Virus record (IMG/VR): IMGVR_UViG_3300032331_003609
Coordinates: 124,001-188,000 of that record
DNA: 64,000 bases
Direction: 5' to 3' (one strand)
Shown: one piece after another, positions 27,003-35,314 of the stretch
How positions within the stretch are numbered: position 1 is the first letter of the stretch
Layout: every line of letters begins with the position of its first letter
Notes under the pieces: model-generated
What the model saw: the letters and a program-made list of their open reading frames with translations, nothing else
Database searches by the model: none
What the model was told of the DNA's origin: nothing
Program-made: the position numbers and the translations under genes

Positions 27003-27473
27003 ATGAGAAGTAAAATAGTAATTGTTGGCAGAGGAGGTTCGGGTAAAGATTTTCTGAGAAAAAAATTCGAATCAAGAGGATTTAAATACTGTGTTTCGTG
27101 TACAAGCAGACCTATTAGGGAAAACGAAGAAGATGGAAAGGATTATAGATTTACAGACGTTCAATTTTTTGAGAATAACTTTCTTAAGTTCTATGAGATT
27201 GATGAGTTCAATGAATGGAAGTACGGAACTTTGATAGAGGATTTTGAGAATTCAAATTTATTTATTATGACCCCAAGAGGGGTTAATCACATAAAACCAG
27301 AAGACAGAGCAAATTGCTTTGTTATATTTATAGATCCGGATAAACAAACAATAAAGAAAAGACTTCTTGAAAGAAGAGACGCAGATTCAGCTGACAGAAG
27401 AATAGAAGCTGATGACAAGGATTTTTTCGAATTTTCCAACTATGATATGAGGGTAACAAATCACGATTTTTAA
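27003..27473 (+). CDS. gmk: Guanylate kinase
   Basis: GRGGSGKD, TSRPIRENEEDGKDY.F, YGT. Confidence 0.9.
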   Translation: MRSKIVIVGRGGSGKDFLRKKFESRGFKYCVSCTSRPIRENEEDGKDYRFTDVQFFENNFLKFYEIDEFNEWKYGTLIEDFENSNLFIMTPRGVNHIKPEDRANCFVIFIDPDKQTIKKRLLERRDADSADRRIEADDKDFFEFSNYDMRVTNHDF

Positions 27474-27474
27474 T

Positions 27475-28605
27475 ATGGTTAGTGTAATTATAGACGGCAA
27501 TTATCTTTTTCATAAGACCTTTGCTATATTTTCAGATTTTGGTGCTAAACAACCAGGTGAGGTTCTTTCTCAAGAAGCTGATCAGGGTATGTTTATGAGA
27601 AAGATAATGACAGATCTTTGTTATTCCCTAAATCAAATCCCGGTAAATGGACATGTAATATTTTGTAAGGATTCTAGATCTTGGAGAAAGGATTTGAAAA
27701 TAGAGAGAGCTGACTATAAAGGATCTAGGGTAAAGGACGAAAAAGTAGATTGGGGATCATTCTTTGATCTAATGGACGAATTTGGAAAATTCTTAGAATT
27801 AAGTGGATATATTTATTCTAAATCTAACGGAGCAGAAGGAGATGATTTACTTTGGTTTTGGAATCAAAAGTTGAGAGGACTAGGTCATAACGTTGTGGTA
27901 TATTCAGGAGACAAGGATAGTCATCAATTAGTTGGGTGTGAAGATACCTGGACTATATGTTGGAATGCTAATTCAAAAAATAATAAAATATTTTGCCCAA
28001 ATAATTGGAAAGAAGATTATCTTGATAAAGAAAGAGAAACGTCTATTTTTAATTTGGACTTTATAGCTGATAATGAAAAGGATAAAATAATGAATTTAAT
28101 ATCATCAGCTACATTAGAATATACTGATCCTATCAGATTGCTATTTGAAAAGATTCTAACCGGAGATAAGGGTGATGATGTTCCAAGCGTTTTTTCCTAT
28201 GAAAAAACACCAGGTAAGATTTTTAAATTGACAAAGGCAAAAGCAGAATCTATCTATGAAAGTTTTAAACAATCAGGATGGGGAAATTCTAGACTAGAAG
28301 ATGTATGGAAAGAAGTCGAGTTCCTAGATTGGATTTCTGGTTATGTTTTAAGATCTTTAAATTACACAGACAACGGAAATAATCGTAAAGAGGTATCTAA
28401 TAACTATCAAGAAAATGCACAGTTAGTTTGGTTATCAGACCAGGTAATTCCAGAGAAGGTTTTAGCTGATATGGAATTTACATACACTACTACAGATCTT
28501 GCGGTTAAACCCGTATTAATAGATAAGAAAAATTTAATTGGCAGATCGAGATGGGATCAATACGAAGCTCCTTCTGCATTTAATCCTTTTAAGAGTTTTA
28601 AATAA
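27475..28605 (+). CDS. rnh: 5'-3' exonuclease / RNase H (FEN family)
   Basis: IIDGN, D..SWRK, YKGSR, EGDD, SGDKD..QL, GDKGDDVP. Confidence 0.88.
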   Translation: MVSVIIDGNYLFHKTFAIFSDFGAKQPGEVLSQEADQGMFMRKIMTDLCYSLNQIPVNGHVIFCKDSRSWRKDLKIERADYKGSRVKDEKVDWGSFFDLMDEFGKFLELSGYIYSKSNGAEGDDLLWFWNQKLRGLGHNVVVYSGDKDSHQLVGCEDTWTICWNANSKNNKIFCPNNWKEDYLDKERETSIFNLDFIADNEKDKIMNLISSATLEYTDPIRLLFEKILTGDKGDDVPSVFSYEKTPGKIFKLTKAKAESIYESFKQSGWGNSRLEDVWKEVEFLDWISGYVLRSLNYTDNGNNRKEVSNNYQENAQLVWLSDQVIPEKVLADMEFTYTTTDLAVKPVLIDKKNLIGRSRWDQYEAPSAFNPFKSFK

Positions 28606-29003
28606 TGGAATTATTCGACATTTTAAAAGCATTTTTTGATGATGAAAAATGGAAAGAAGTATCTAGTTATGACAAATCTAGGAATTTCTTTATGATCAAC
28701 AGAATGATGGGAATTGCATTTCCTTTACAGTCCAATGCGTTTAATAACACTAAAATAGATCCAGTTTCAGTGGTAGATTACTGGAAAGAAGCATTAAGCA
28801 CCAAATATAAAGCGCCTCCAGGATGGTTTTTTACTTCAACTAAGAAGAAAGAAAAATCCGAATCATTTTCCCCAGAAGAAGAGGTTTCAGAATTTATTAG
28901 ATTTAGGTATGAAATTTCCAGTAGAGAAATCAAGGATCTAGGTAAATATTTTCCAAAGCAGTTTAAAGAATTTTCTAAATCGATTAAAGATCTACTAGGT
29001 TAG
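28605..29003 (+). CDS. gp62: Probable clamp loader small subunit (gp62-like)
   Basis: FFMINRMMG...N..N and FIRFRYEISSREI resemble the gp62 PF.INR.LS / V..YY.YS..KA motifs. Confidence 0.55.
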   Translation: MELFDILKAFFDDEKWKEVSSYDKSRNFFMINRMMGIAFPLQSNAFNNTKIDPVSVVDYWKEALSTKYKAPPGWFFTSTKKKEKSESFSPEEEVSEFIRFRYEISSREIKDLGKYFPKQFKEFSKSIKDLLG

Positions 29004-29021
29004 TACTGCTTATTTTCTGCG

Positions 29022-29029
29022 GATATATA
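29022..29029 (+). promoter_or_regulatory. Late promoter GATATATA
   Basis: 19 nt before the 29049 start. Confidence 0.65.
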
Positions 29030-29048
29030 AGTAAAGTATCAACCAGAA

Positions 29049-29975
29049 ATGACAGAACTAACAGAATTAAATCTACAATCCATTTTAAATTCGCCGGATT
29101 ATAGGTTATCAACAGAAAAGAATTTTAACCAAATACAGGAAGCTATAGATTTGCTTCAATCTGCATTTGGTATTCAATTCGAGCCCAATCCCGCTATAAA
29201 TTCACAAAATGCATCATTTGCAATAGGGGTGCTAAAGGGTAATTCAGTTAAACTTCCACTAACAGGAGCAACTAAGATTAGTCTAGATGGAACAAACGGG
29301 GGAATAACTGGATCTTCTATAAATGTTTCTAAAAATTCTTATGTTGGTGGAGATCTTTTGCTTTATAATGATTCTGGTAGTGACGGTAGAATTAAATTCT
29401 CGGTGGACAAAGTTAATGATGAGATTAAGGTACCAGAGGTTGGTCAAATAAGATTTACAGGTAGCGCATTTCAGGGATATGCAGTTCAAGATGAGGTTTC
29501 TTCTAAATTTTCTTTCACTATAGGATCTACAGGAAGTGGAAATTTCACATTATCTTATGCTGGGTCTGCGATTTTAACAATAGCTTGGCAAGGAACAGCG
29601 CATTCAACCGCTAATAAAATAGTTTCTGAAATAGCAGATCTCTCTGATATAGCAAATGCAAACGGACCGGCAATAAAGGCATCATCTTCAATAAATACAG
29701 TAACCATCGAATCGTTACCTGGATTTGCATCAGCAATGAATAGTGTTGCAGTTTCAGTATCTGCTTCGGGTATGACAATTACGCCTTCCTCAGGTAATAT
29801 GACGGGAGGTATAGATGGAACAGCGAGATGGGTAAATTTCTTTAACGGTGAAACTGTTCTTTACACACCGGGTACACCTAGTAGTTGGAATGGTACAGCA
29901 CCTACAACCTTACAAGGAGCTATAGACAGATTAGCGGCATTAGTTAAAACATTAAACAGCGGAACCGGGGCTTAA
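29049..29975 (+). CDS. Probable virion structural protein (beta-rich, fibre/vertex-like)
   Basis: Late promoter; G/S/T-rich; C-terminal WNGTAPTTLQGAIDRLAA helix. Confidence 0.65.
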   Translation: MTELTELNLQSILNSPDYRLSTEKNFNQIQEAIDLLQSAFGIQFEPNPAINSQNASFAIGVLKGNSVKLPLTGATKISLDGTNGGITGSSINVSKNSYVGGDLLLYNDSGSDGRIKFSVDKVNDEIKVPEVGQIRFTGSAFQGYAVQDEVSSKFSFTIGSTGSGNFTLSYAGSAILTIAWQGTAHSTANKIVSEIADLSDIANANGPAIKASSSINTVTIESLPGFASAMNSVAVSVSASGMTITPSSGNMTGGIDGTARWVNFFNGETVLYTPGTPSSWNGTAPTTLQGAIDRLAALVKTLNSGTGA

Positions 29976-30008
29976 TATTTAAATAGCAAAATAAACGACA
30001 GTACTAAT

Positions 30009-30539
30009 ATGTCTAAATTAACAGAGGTAGATAAAAAAATAATAGATGGTGTAATATCATCTATTGACTGGGGTCAAATAGTTAAATTCTATAAGATACT
30101 AGACAGAAGAATCGGATATGAGCAGGTTAGAATAAAAGGCATAGAAAGAAGTTCTAAAATAACAATAGATTCTGCAAAAGAAGAATTGTACAAGGTTTTA
30201 GAATATGTTATTGAAGGGGATATCCCCGAAATGTCATATGGACCTTGGGCAATTATTTGGGTTAATGGAGAATGGGAAATTATAGAGAGCATACAGGTGA
30301 ACGAAGACGAACCTGCTGAAGAAATTCAAATCCCTATTATGGAATCTAAACTTCAGGTTCATTTTGTACCACAGAGTGTAACAATGAAAGAAGAAGTTGA
30401 TTTTCCCCAAGAATTTTTTCAGATGGATGATATGATAGTTTTAGAAGGAAGACTTAAAGAATGCGTTGAAGAAGAAGATTATGTACTAGCTGGAAAGATA
30501 AGGGACGTTCTTGATGAACTTAATAAAAGAAAAAAATGA
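30009..30539 (+). CDS. Hypothetical protein with C-terminal UVR (UvrB/C) motif
   Basis: LEGRLKECVEEEDYVLAGKIRDVL matches L...L..A...E.YE.AA..RD. Confidence 0.7.
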   Translation: MSKLTEVDKKIIDGVISSIDWGQIVKFYKILDRRIGYEQVRIKGIERSSKITIDSAKEELYKVLEYVIEGDIPEMSYGPWAIIWVNGEWEIIESIQVNEDEPAEEIQIPIMESKLQVHFVPQSVTMKEEVDFPQEFFQMDDMIVLEGRLKECVEEEDYVLAGKIRDVLDELNKRKK

Positions 30540-31459
30540 GCATTAAAAAATTAAACGAGCAATTTGCTCAGACATTTAGCGGTGATGGATTTAATAGCTC
30601 TAATGGGGTTTTTAAAGTTAAGTATAAGGCTTTTGATGATTTATCAAAAGCTAAAGGAAGAGAAATAAATCCTTATGACCATATTAAAGGTGAAGAGTAT
30701 CAAATAGGTGATATAGTTTTAGCAAGGCTAAGTGGAAATAGCAAAAAGAAGAGGATAAAAGCTGAAGTTATATCATCAATAAGAACTGATGATGGTAAAG
30801 GAACTGAATTTAAAATCAGAAGTTTAGTATCAAAAAAGATTTACACTGTTCCTTCGTATGCCCTTGATTTTTATGAGGACAGAGGACATAGGGGCGGAAG
30901 TCATTCCGGAGCTAGTACTATTAGCAATAAAGAAAAATTCCTAAACTCGTTGAAATACAATAATGGTAATTTTATTTGGGGATCTTTAGAATCTAAAAAT
31001 AATAATATGAGAACTGATATGCTATTAAAAGAAGGTGATTCTGTTTCGGAAAGACCTAGCATCATAGATCCTTCTATAAATGTTGTACTAATAGATACCA
31101 ATCATCCGGACTATAATCTTCATATAGAGAATTTTAAAAAGCTTGGAGGTATTTACACTATCCCAGAGAATAAAAGTATTTATATACACAAAGAAGATCC
31201 TAATTTTTCTAAATTCAATGATAACCATTTAACTGTTATAGAAGCAGTAGAAATTGCAAAGATGCTATCTAAAGAATCATCTGTTGACGAAAAATATAGT
31301 GACGTCCTTGCTGCTCAAATTCTAAGAAACAAAGGACACAAGGATGCATATAAGATTATAGCTTCCAATTTTTTAAAGAAGCATGGAATTTCTTACGGGG
31401 AGGCAGTTGACGAATTAGCGCCCTCTATGAAAAACCATCTACCAGAAAAAGAAATGTAA
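30536..31459 (+). CDS. Hypothetical protein with SH3/KOW-like segment
   Basis: YQIGDIVLA...KAEVI...FKI; N-terminal IKKLNE. Confidence 0.7.
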   Translation: MSIKKLNEQFAQTFSGDGFNSSNGVFKVKYKAFDDLSKAKGREINPYDHIKGEEYQIGDIVLARLSGNSKKKRIKAEVISSIRTDDGKGTEFKIRSLVSKKIYTVPSYALDFYEDRGHRGGSHSGASTISNKEKFLNSLKYNNGNFIWGSLESKNNNMRTDMLLKEGDSVSERPSIIDPSINVVLIDTNHPDYNLHIENFKKLGGIYTIPENKSIYIHKEDPNFSKFNDNHLTVIEAVEIAKMLSKESSVDEKYSDVLAAQILRNKGHKDAYKIIASNFLKKHGISYGEAVDELAPSMKNHLPEKEM

Positions 31460-32163
31460 TGTCCATTGATAGAATAAGAAGAATACCATTCCCAGAAAAT
31501 ATAACTAATAATAATTCTCTCACTATTGATTCAGAAAAATTTAAAAACAGAGATATCGGGGAGTACAGTAAATTTGTCAATAAGCATTCTAATGAATCAT
31601 TTATAGTTTGTGCATGTGGCGTTTCTCTAAACGATTATGACAATTTTGATAACCACATAACTATTGGGGTAAATGATGCAGGTAAGAAAGTCTGGTGTAA
31701 ATATCTGGTTGTAGTTAACGAGCCAAGCACCTTTAAATTTAAAAGATGGCCAGACGTTCAAAGTAATAACTCAGAATTTGTTTTTACCCACATGAAAACT
31801 TTACCTATTGATAATCCGGAAGGAAGAATAATAAAGGTAAATCTCGGAAAATATGAAGGCGTAGATCTAGACAATTATGGATTTATAGATTACACTACCA
31901 ATTCACCATATATGGCTATAGTTATAGCATATCAAATGGGAGCTAGAAAAATAGCATTGGTTGGAGTCGATTTTACAATGAATCACTTCTTTGGTGAAAC
32001 AGGAAAACACCAGATAATGAGAGAAATAGAGAGGGTGAAGGAACAATATTCGGTTCTTGGAAAAGCATTAACGGAAAAAGGTATTAAAATAGCAAACCTG
32101 TCAAAAGACAGTCTTATTGAGTCGTGGCCCAAAATGACACTGCAAGAATTCGAAACTATATAG
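31459..32163 (+). CDS. GT29/Maf-type (DUF115-like) Rossmann sugar-transferase-like protein
   Basis: IVCACGVSL, TIGVND, TNSPYMAI.IAYQMGARKIALVGVDF. Confidence 0.7.
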   Translation: MSIDRIRRIPFPENITNNNSLTIDSEKFKNRDIGEYSKFVNKHSNESFIVCACGVSLNDYDNFDNHITIGVNDAGKKVWCKYLVVVNEPSTFKFKRWPDVQSNNSEFVFTHMKTLPIDNPEGRIIKVNLGKYEGVDLDNYGFIDYTTNSPYMAIVIAYQMGARKIALVGVDFTMNHFFGETGKHQIMREIERVKEQYSVLGKALTEKGIKIANLSKDSLIESWPKMTLQEFETI

Positions 32164-32180
32164 GGTTTAAAAATTATAAT
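32152..32180 (+). promoter_or_regulatory. ECF-type promoter GAAACTA-N16-TATAAT
   Basis: Ends 4 nt before the 32185 ATG, so the transcript may be leaderless. Confidence 0.45.
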
Positions 32181-32184
32181 ACTT

Positions 32185-32952
32185 ATGAGCGATCAAAAGA
32201 CGGGATTATTAATAAGATTTCCCCTAAGCCCAAAGAAAGGAAAAAAATCCACATACACAGTTTCTTTCTACGGCTTTATGGAAAGAAAAATAGCTGAGGG
32301 AATTAATCTGGGGTACAAATGTTTTATCTTCGAAGTATCTGACGATGATTTCGATGTCCTTGATTTTGAGGTACATGGGGATATTAGACAATCCTTAAAT
32401 TCTTACATACGGGAAGGAATAAGATTGGCAATCTATATAAAGGTAAAAAAATATCTAACATCCGATTCTATTGACGAAATAAATGAAGCACACAGTCAAA
32501 TAACTACGTGCTTGAATTTTGTTAAAAACTTTACTATATCAGATCCTCAAGAATTTCCTATCATTTTACATGTTGGAGGTGCTAAAGGGGATAGGAGAGG
32601 TACCATGGAAGATTTTTGTAAAAAAATAGAAAAATTATTTAATCCAGACGATATCCTGAGTCTTGCTGTTGTTAATGACGAGAAGCCAAGTCTTTTCTCG
32701 GTCAAAGATCTTCTTCCCGGCGTATTTTATAAAATAAGAATTCCTATAGTTTTTAGATCAACGTCATATCCAACTAATCAAGGGAACCTGACACTTAATG
32801 AATCACTATTCCTAGCAGCTTCCACGTGGAAGAGAACGATCAATCCTATTTTTGTTTACCTTCCAGGGAACACCCAAATCAACGGGGATCAAACTAAGCC
32901 ATTTGGTTTAGAATTAGATTTTGTCTTTGATAACAGATTACCCGAACCATAG
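32185..32952 (+). CDS. UV-damage endonuclease (UvsE/UVDE) homolog lacking several catalytic residues
   Basis: IILHVGGAKGD...F......LAVVNDEKPSLFSVKDL..GV...IRIPIVF aligns to UVDE, but ENDD is VNDE and DYHHH is RSTSY. Confidence 0.75.
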   Translation: MSDQKTGLLIRFPLSPKKGKKSTYTVSFYGFMERKIAEGINLGYKCFIFEVSDDDFDVLDFEVHGDIRQSLNSYIREGIRLAIYIKVKKYLTSDSIDEINEAHSQITTCLNFVKNFTISDPQEFPIILHVGGAKGDRRGTMEDFCKKIEKLFNPDDILSLAVVNDEKPSLFSVKDLLPGVFYKIRIPIVFRSTSYPTNQGNLTLNESLFLAASTWKRTINPIFVYLPGNTQINGDQTKPFGLELDFVFDNRLPEP

Positions 32953-32978
32953 CATTTTATTGTCTCGAGGATTTCTTT

Positions 32979-32986
32979 TATATTTG
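32979..32986 (+). promoter_or_regulatory. Bacteroidota-type -7 box TATATTTG
   Basis: 17 nt before ATG 33004. Confidence 0.6.
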
Positions 32987-33003
32987 TGAAAACAAATAAG
33001 GAT

Positions 33004-33825
33004 ATGCCTGAAATCAGCGAAGTAAGAATAATGTCAGACTTTATCAATAAAGTCTCTTCTAAGGTTGACTATTTTATTGGGATCTCTAAAAACCCAGAGC
33101 ACAAAAGCAAAACAATTCTAGTTATTCCGTTTGACCATTTTCAGATTAAAGCATATTCCAGGGGAAAGGAATTGATGATTCGGTTTATAAATCTGGATTT
33201 TTCATATTCTGACATAACCGATTCTAAGCCCCTAGTTTTTACCATGGGTATGAGTGGCAACTGGAATTATTCAAAGAATATGTTTGAAATACCTAAGCAC
33301 ACACATTTTATGATTATGGGTTCTGATGGTAGTGTATTAGGAATGAATGATGTCAGAAGATTTGCCCGTTGGGATTGGCGCAGCTGGAATTCTGAAAGGG
33401 GTCATGATCCTGTTCAGGAGACAGAACTTTTTAAAAAAAATATCTTAGAAAATTTAATGAAGGACAGGGTATTTCAAAAACCTATCTTTGAAGTCATGAT
33501 GAATCAAAAATATTTCAACGGGGTTGGAAATTATCTAAGAGCTGAGATTCTGGGTAGGATAGATTTAGATCCGAGAATATCTGCTAGTGATTATATTACT
33601 CGAGCGGGAGATAAATTTTTTAATATGACAGAAAAAATAATTGTTGAATCATATGAACTTGGGGGAGGTCAATTTAAGGACTGGTATAATCAAGCAGATT
33701 TAGAAAAAAAGAAAAGTAAAGAATTTCAAGCATGGATGCAATTCTATTTCAATAAAGATAGTTGCGTTCCTATCAAAGATAAAAACGATCGTAATTTTTG
33801 GATTGATAAAAAATGGCTAATATGA
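33004..33825 (+). CDS. nei: Fpg/Nei DNA glycosylase/AP lyase, NEIL1-like, zincless finger
   Basis: True start M-P-E (catalytic Pro2/Glu3) at 33004; RGKEL, MGMSG, D.RRF.RW, H2TH FNGVGNYLRAEIL; no Cys4 finger. Confidence 0.92.
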   Translation: MPEISEVRIMSDFINKVSSKVDYFIGISKNPEHKSKTILVIPFDHFQIKAYSRGKELMIRFINLDFSYSDITDSKPLVFTMGMSGNWNYSKNMFEIPKHTHFMIMGSDGSVLGMNDVRRFARWDWRSWNSERGHDPVQETELFKKNILENLMKDRVFQKPIFEVMMNQKYFNGVGNYLRAEILGRIDLDPRISASDYITRAGDKFFNMTEKIIVESYELGGGQFKDWYNQADLEKKKSKEFQAWMQFYFNKDSCVPIKDKNDRNFWIDKKWLI

Positions 33826-34517
33826 TAAGTAAAGACACACTTAAAAAAATTCTATATTTTGATATAGAAACTGCCGGAATTAAAGAAACGTTTTCCGATC
33901 TAAAAAATTCAGATCCTAGACTTGCAAAGATTTGGGAAAAAAGATGTGTCTGGCTAAGAAAGAATTCTGGGGATGAATACAAGGAAGCAACAGAAGATCA
34001 ATTATGGGCAGACAAATCATCATTACATCCAGAATTTGCTAAAGTTGTTTGTATTAGCTTTGGAGCATATAATGGCGATGATGTTAAAATCCAATCAGTT
34101 ATAGGAGAGGAGAATGAAATTCTTGCAAATGCTAATAAGATTTTTAATAATGCAGTATCAAAAGGCTGGAAACTCGGGGGTCACACAATTAAGAATTTTG
34201 ACATACCCTTTGTTGGAAAAAGAATGATCATAAACAGAATAGATCCCTCGCCTTTGATTGGCCAATTAAACAGAAAACCCTGGGATTCTCCAGTAATAGA
34301 TATTTCAGAGATTTTTGCTTTTGGTGGATATGGCCAAACTCATTCTTCTTTGGATCTCATGTGCTCAGTCTTTGGTCATGAATCACCTAAAGATGAAATG
34401 GACGGATCTCTTGTCCATTCATATTTTCACTCAGGAAGAATAGAAGAAATAAAGAAATATTGCGAAATGGACGTTAAGTATCTTATAAAATGCTACGAGT
34501 CATTCTCTTTCGAATAG
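33813..34517 (+). CDS. DEDD 3'-5' exonuclease (PolB-exo2-like)
   Basis: FDIET, LHPEF.K..CI, GH.IKNFDIPF, SLD.M, I..YC..DV. Confidence 0.85.
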   Translation: MANMISKDTLKKILYFDIETAGIKETFSDLKNSDPRLAKIWEKRCVWLRKNSGDEYKEATEDQLWADKSSLHPEFAKVVCISFGAYNGDDVKIQSVIGEENEILANANKIFNNAVSKGWKLGGHTIKNFDIPFVGKRMIINRIDPSPLIGQLNRKPWDSPVIDISEIFAFGGYGQTHSSLDLMCSVFGHESPKDEMDGSLVHSYFHSGRIEEIKKYCEMDVKYLIKCYESFSFE

Positions 34518-34533
34518 CATAGCACACACTATG

Positions 34534-34541
34534 GATATATA
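34534..34541 (+). promoter_or_regulatory. Late promoter GATATATA
   Basis: 15 nt before GTG 34557. Confidence 0.65.
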
Positions 34542-34556
34542 CAATAAAATATCCGG

Positions 34557-35303
34557 GTGGTCAATCGTATTAAAAATTTTAAACAGTGGATTTTAAATGA
34601 GGGTGAATTCTATCAGAATGAGCTTAATACCCTTTTTTGGACCAATTCTCAGTTTGATCCCTCTATAAGAGAAAAGCTACTTCAGATCGCTAATGAATTT
34701 TATCAAACGTTCAAATTAGAAATCCCAATCTCCGATATTCAATTAACTGGATCTTTAGCTAACTATAACTGGACACCTAAGTCAGATCTTGACGTTCACG
34801 TCCTAATAGATTTTTCTAAACTTAATCCAGATATTGCTTTAGTTAAAAAGGGAATAGACGGACAAAGATTTATCTGGAACTTAAGACATAATATAGTTAT
34901 GAGAGGACATGATGTTGAATTATATCTTCAAGACGTAAACGAGCCTCACATAGCTTCTGGTCTATTTTCTCTTTTAAATAACGAATGGATAAGAATCCCT
35001 AAGTATAATCCGCCCCAAATAGATGAAATGGATGTGCAAAAGAAGTTTGAGGGAATAGTAAATGATATAGATCAATTAAATGCTAATCTTGAAAGCGGAA
35101 GTTCAGCTATATCTCCGAGGGAGCTTTATGACCATTCAGAAAAGGTTAAATCTAGAATCATGAAAATGAGAAAAGAGGGTCTTGCAGAGAGGGGGGAATT
35201 CTCTGTAGAAAATTTAGTGTTTAAAAAGCTCAGAAACGAAGGATATATACAGAATCTTATCGACCTAATATCCAGGTCATACGAGAAAATTTATAACGAA
35301 TAA
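34557..35303 (+). CDS. Pol-beta superfamily nucleotidyltransferase with capsid-targeting-like N-terminus
   Basis: LTGSLANYNW...SDLDVH (GS..DxD) and DVELY; N-terminus IKNFKQWILNE. Confidence 0.8.
   Translation: MVNRIKNFKQWILNEGEFYQNELNTLFWTNSQFDPSIREKLLQIANEFYQTFKLEIPISDIQLTGSLANYNWTPKSDLDVHVLIDFSKLNPDIALVKKGIDGQRFIWNLRHNIVMRGHDVELYLQDVNEPHIASGLFSLLNNEWIRIPKYNPPQIDEMDVQKKFEGIVNDIDQLNANLESGSSAISPRELYDHSEKVKSRIMKMRKEGLAERGEFSVENLVFKKLRNEGYIQNLIDLISRSYEKIYNE
35242..35249 (+). promoter_or_regulatory. GATATATA inside the NTase 3' end, possible promoter of 35315..37840
   Basis: Exact motif 65 nt upstream of the next start. Confidence 0.4.
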
Positions 35304-35314
35304 AAACCAAAAAG

